NCBI RefSeq assembly: GCF_006345805.1
Contig: NC_043008.1
Span: forward strand, 35,836,001-35,900,000
Length of the DNA stretch: 64,000 bases
Source of the DNA: Octopus sinensis
Taxonomy: Eukaryota
Direction of reading: 5' to 3'
Below are positions 61,440 to 64,000 of the stretch, one piece after another (positions within the stretch are counted from its first letter, which is position 1; every line of letters begins with the position of its first letter). The notes under the pieces are model-generated. The model saw only the letters and a program-made list of their open reading frames with translations, did not search any database and was not told the DNA's origin. A program made the position numbers and the translations under genes.

Positions 61440-62850
61440 TTCTAATCACCTTATTTTGAAATTGTATGGATGATACCGTACTAAATACAATGGAAAATGG
61501 AGTAAAGCAAGACCTTGATGCACCTACCCTCTTTGCAATATACTTTACTGTTGTGTTGTCACATGCTTTTCAAAACTCTGAGGAGGGTATTTACATAAAA
61601 TATCAAACAACAGGGTATGTTTTTAATCTAACCAGACTGAAATTCAAAACAAAGGTTTTTACTTCACTCTTGTATGCTGGCGATTGCAATCTTGTCAATA
61701 ATTCTGAAACAGGTCTGCAACTTCTTGTATCTACATATAACTCAGTTTGTGATGATTTTGGCTTGACCACCAACTTGAAAAGAAAAAGAGCTATAATGTA
61801 TCAACCTGCACGTGGTGCTGTCTACAACCCCACTAAAATTTTTGTTAAGGGAAAGTTACTTGAGGTTGCCTATTCGTTCGTCTAACTTGGAAGCTCTGTT
61901 CAAAATGATGGAAATCTTGATACAGAAATACAGTTGTGTATTCAAAGGGCAGCAAAAGCATTTGGTAGCTTGAAGTCACGTACTTGGTGCTAGTAACATA
62001 TAAATAAGAATACAAAGTTGGCTCTTTACAAATCATTTGTCTTACCATCCCTGTTGTATTCCTATGAAACTTGGACTTGTTATGAAAGGTATTTTAAACT
62101 GTTGGAACAATTCCATCAAAAATGTCTTCATCGCATTTAAAAAATTCAATGGAGGTCTTTTACTCCCAAACACAGATGTCCTTGCATCTGCAGGCATCCC
62201 CTCAATTAAAGCTATGATTTTGAGGAACCAATTGAGATGGTGTGGCCATTGAGATGGTGTGACCATCTCAATGGCAGATGAACGCATGCCAAAACAGCTG
62301 TTTCATGGTGAGCTTGCAGAGGGGAAATGTTATCAGTGTAAACCTAAAAAAAGGTTCAAGGATGGTATAAGGCCTACTATGAATGATTCCAGAAGATATA
62401 GAAACCCTTGCTTTGGATCTAGTTGGATGGCAAAGAAAGGTGTAGAGTGGAGTAAAAGCATTTGAAGAGGTCAGGATAATGCAAGTAAGACTCAAAAGAG
62501 ATCTAAGGAAGAATGTAACAATCGAGAAGGTGAATGACAATGACCTTTTTGTGTGCACAGTCTGAGATAGACCATGCCTGTCTTTGGCTGGCCTCAAATC
62601 TCATCTGCAAACGGATGGAAAACTAACTTCCACAAACTATTCTGACTATATGTCTGTGCACACCTTTGAATGCAGTGTATGACAAGGTTTGCAAATCCAA
62701 CGGAGGCCTCAAAAGACATTTCAAGATCCACAAAGAGCATAACTTACCTGCAGCTCTTGGTGGTCCAAACCGGAGGTGCGATCTATGTGGGTGTCTTTTC
62801 AGAACATTGTCTGGTTTAAAAAGCCACATCAGTTGCCATGATGGTGCTAA
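61440..62850 (+). mobile_element. Degenerate RTE-clade LINE 3' half with C-terminal C2H2-like fingers
   Basis: NGVKQ...APTLFAIYF, LLYAGD (YADD variant), ETWTCY, QLRWCGH, RMPKQLFHGEL, CKSNGGLKRHFKIH, CDLCGCLFRTLSGLKSHISCH. Confidence 0.9.
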
Positions 62851-62904
62851 GGTGTAGGTACAGGGGGTGGTCAAACTCTGTATAAGGAGTAGACAACCAC
62901 CATA

Positions 62905-63097
62905 TATATTTTTTTTTCCTGGGGAAAGCCGGTTTATGGAATTACCCTAGGTTTCCCGTCCATAAAGGGTTTAACTTTATGGTGTATCAAACTGATCAAC
63001 AGGTCTTGGGGTCTGATGAAATGCCATAAAGTTAAACCCTTTATGGATGGGAAACTCAAGGGAACCCATAAACTGGCCTTCCCCAGTAAAAAATATA
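62905..63097. mobile_element. Palindromic MITE
   Basis: CTGGGGAAAGCC...GGCCTTCCCCAG termini; inner perfect TCCATAAAGGGTTTAACTTTATGG / CCATAAAGTTAAACCCTTTATGGA. Confidence 0.75.
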
Positions 63098-63159
63098 GAC
63101 TGCTCTACTTTTTTGAGTGTGCTTCTTCTCCAGATTCACCACCTCATCCCAGGTTTTCC

Positions 63160-63415
63160 TGGGTCTACCTCTTCCACAGGTTTCCTCAACTGCTAGGGTA
63201 TGACACTTTTTCACACAGCTATCCTCATCCATTCTTGCCACATAACCATACCAGCGCAAACGTCTCTCTCGCACACCACATCTGATGCTTCTTAGGTCCA
63301 ACTTTTCTCTCAAGATACTTACACTCTGTCAAGTATGCACACTGACATTACACATCCATCAGAGCATACTGGCTTCATTCCTTGCAAGCTTTTGCATGTC
63401 CTCAGTAGTCACGGC
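63160..63415 (-). mobile_element. RTE-like LINE 3' fragment
   Basis: RERRLRWYGYVARMDEDSCVKKC...GRGRPRKTWDEVV. Confidence 0.85.
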
Positions 63416-63597
63416 CCATATATATATATTTAATGTAGGATAAATTTTTTTCGAAAAAAAAATTTTATGAATGGCCAGCATATTGAAAAATACCTCTAAA
63501 GGTTATATTTATAAACAACTTATAAATAAGGGCAAACGAAAAAATTTCTAATGCCAAATATGCCAAAATTTGACAAATTGTCCATAACAATTAAGTT

Positions 63598-63635
<38 letters not shown>

Positions 63636-64000
63636 TCATCATCATATGTCTGTCTTCCATGATGGCATGGGTTGGACAGTTTGACAGGAGCTGGCAAGCT
63701 GAAGAGCTGTGCCAGGCTCCAATTGGCTGTTCTGACATGTTTTTTATGCTTGGATACCCTACCTAATGCCAACCACTTTACAGATTGTATTGGGTGTCTT
63801 TGTAAGTGGTACCAGCTTGGATGCTTTCTATGTAACACCAGCACTTTTGAGCCCACAACATAATGGCCTCTTGGCCGAGAGAGTGAGTGGCAGTGAAGAG
63901 CATGGCCTGAAAGGACATGACTGTAGGGATGGATGGCCATGGTTTTACTTGACACGTCTTCTCAAGTGCAGCAAACTGCTGGGAATTTCAGTTCCTTGTC

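Noticed and set aside
62666-62857. C2H2 ORF as a host zinc-finger gene
   Set aside because: It is continuous with the degenerate RTE ORF and carries stops and frameshifts

Overview
AT-rich, microsatellite- and SINE-dense metazoan genomic DNA. The repeat families and gene content suggest an octopod cephalopod; this is an inference, not a database match. Two convergent host genes are supported. (1) A complete mitochondrial aldehyde dehydrogenase (ALDH2-type) on the minus strand: 14 coding exons from 57309 to 22743, 1566 nt / 521 aa, all GT-AG, with an N-terminal targeting peptide and intact catalytic residues. (2) An intronless 682-aa DC-STAMP-domain protein (DCST1/Sneaky type, sperm-egg fusion family) on the plus strand at 14151-16199. 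The rest is transposon-derived: two kinds of Penelope-like element, RTE/CR1/Tx1-like LINE fragments, Gypsy gag and LTR remnants, at least three tRNA-type SINE families, many MITEs and simple repeats. The most notable observation is a three-member retroposon set sharing a 3' tail motif, each member with its own target-site duplication: a 5'-truncated LINE end (17904-18254), a tRNA/CORE-type SINE (26822-27049) and an ORF1-only half-LINE (57682-59466) lying 372 bp upstream of the ALDH2 start codon. Also notable are hammerhead-ribozyme-like motifs in Penelope-associated repeats, a twin-priming-type inversion in an RTE LINE, an extra ALDH2 intron, and long inverted repeats in ALDH2 introns. Exon and TSD coordinates were read base by base; most other repeat boundaries are approximate.
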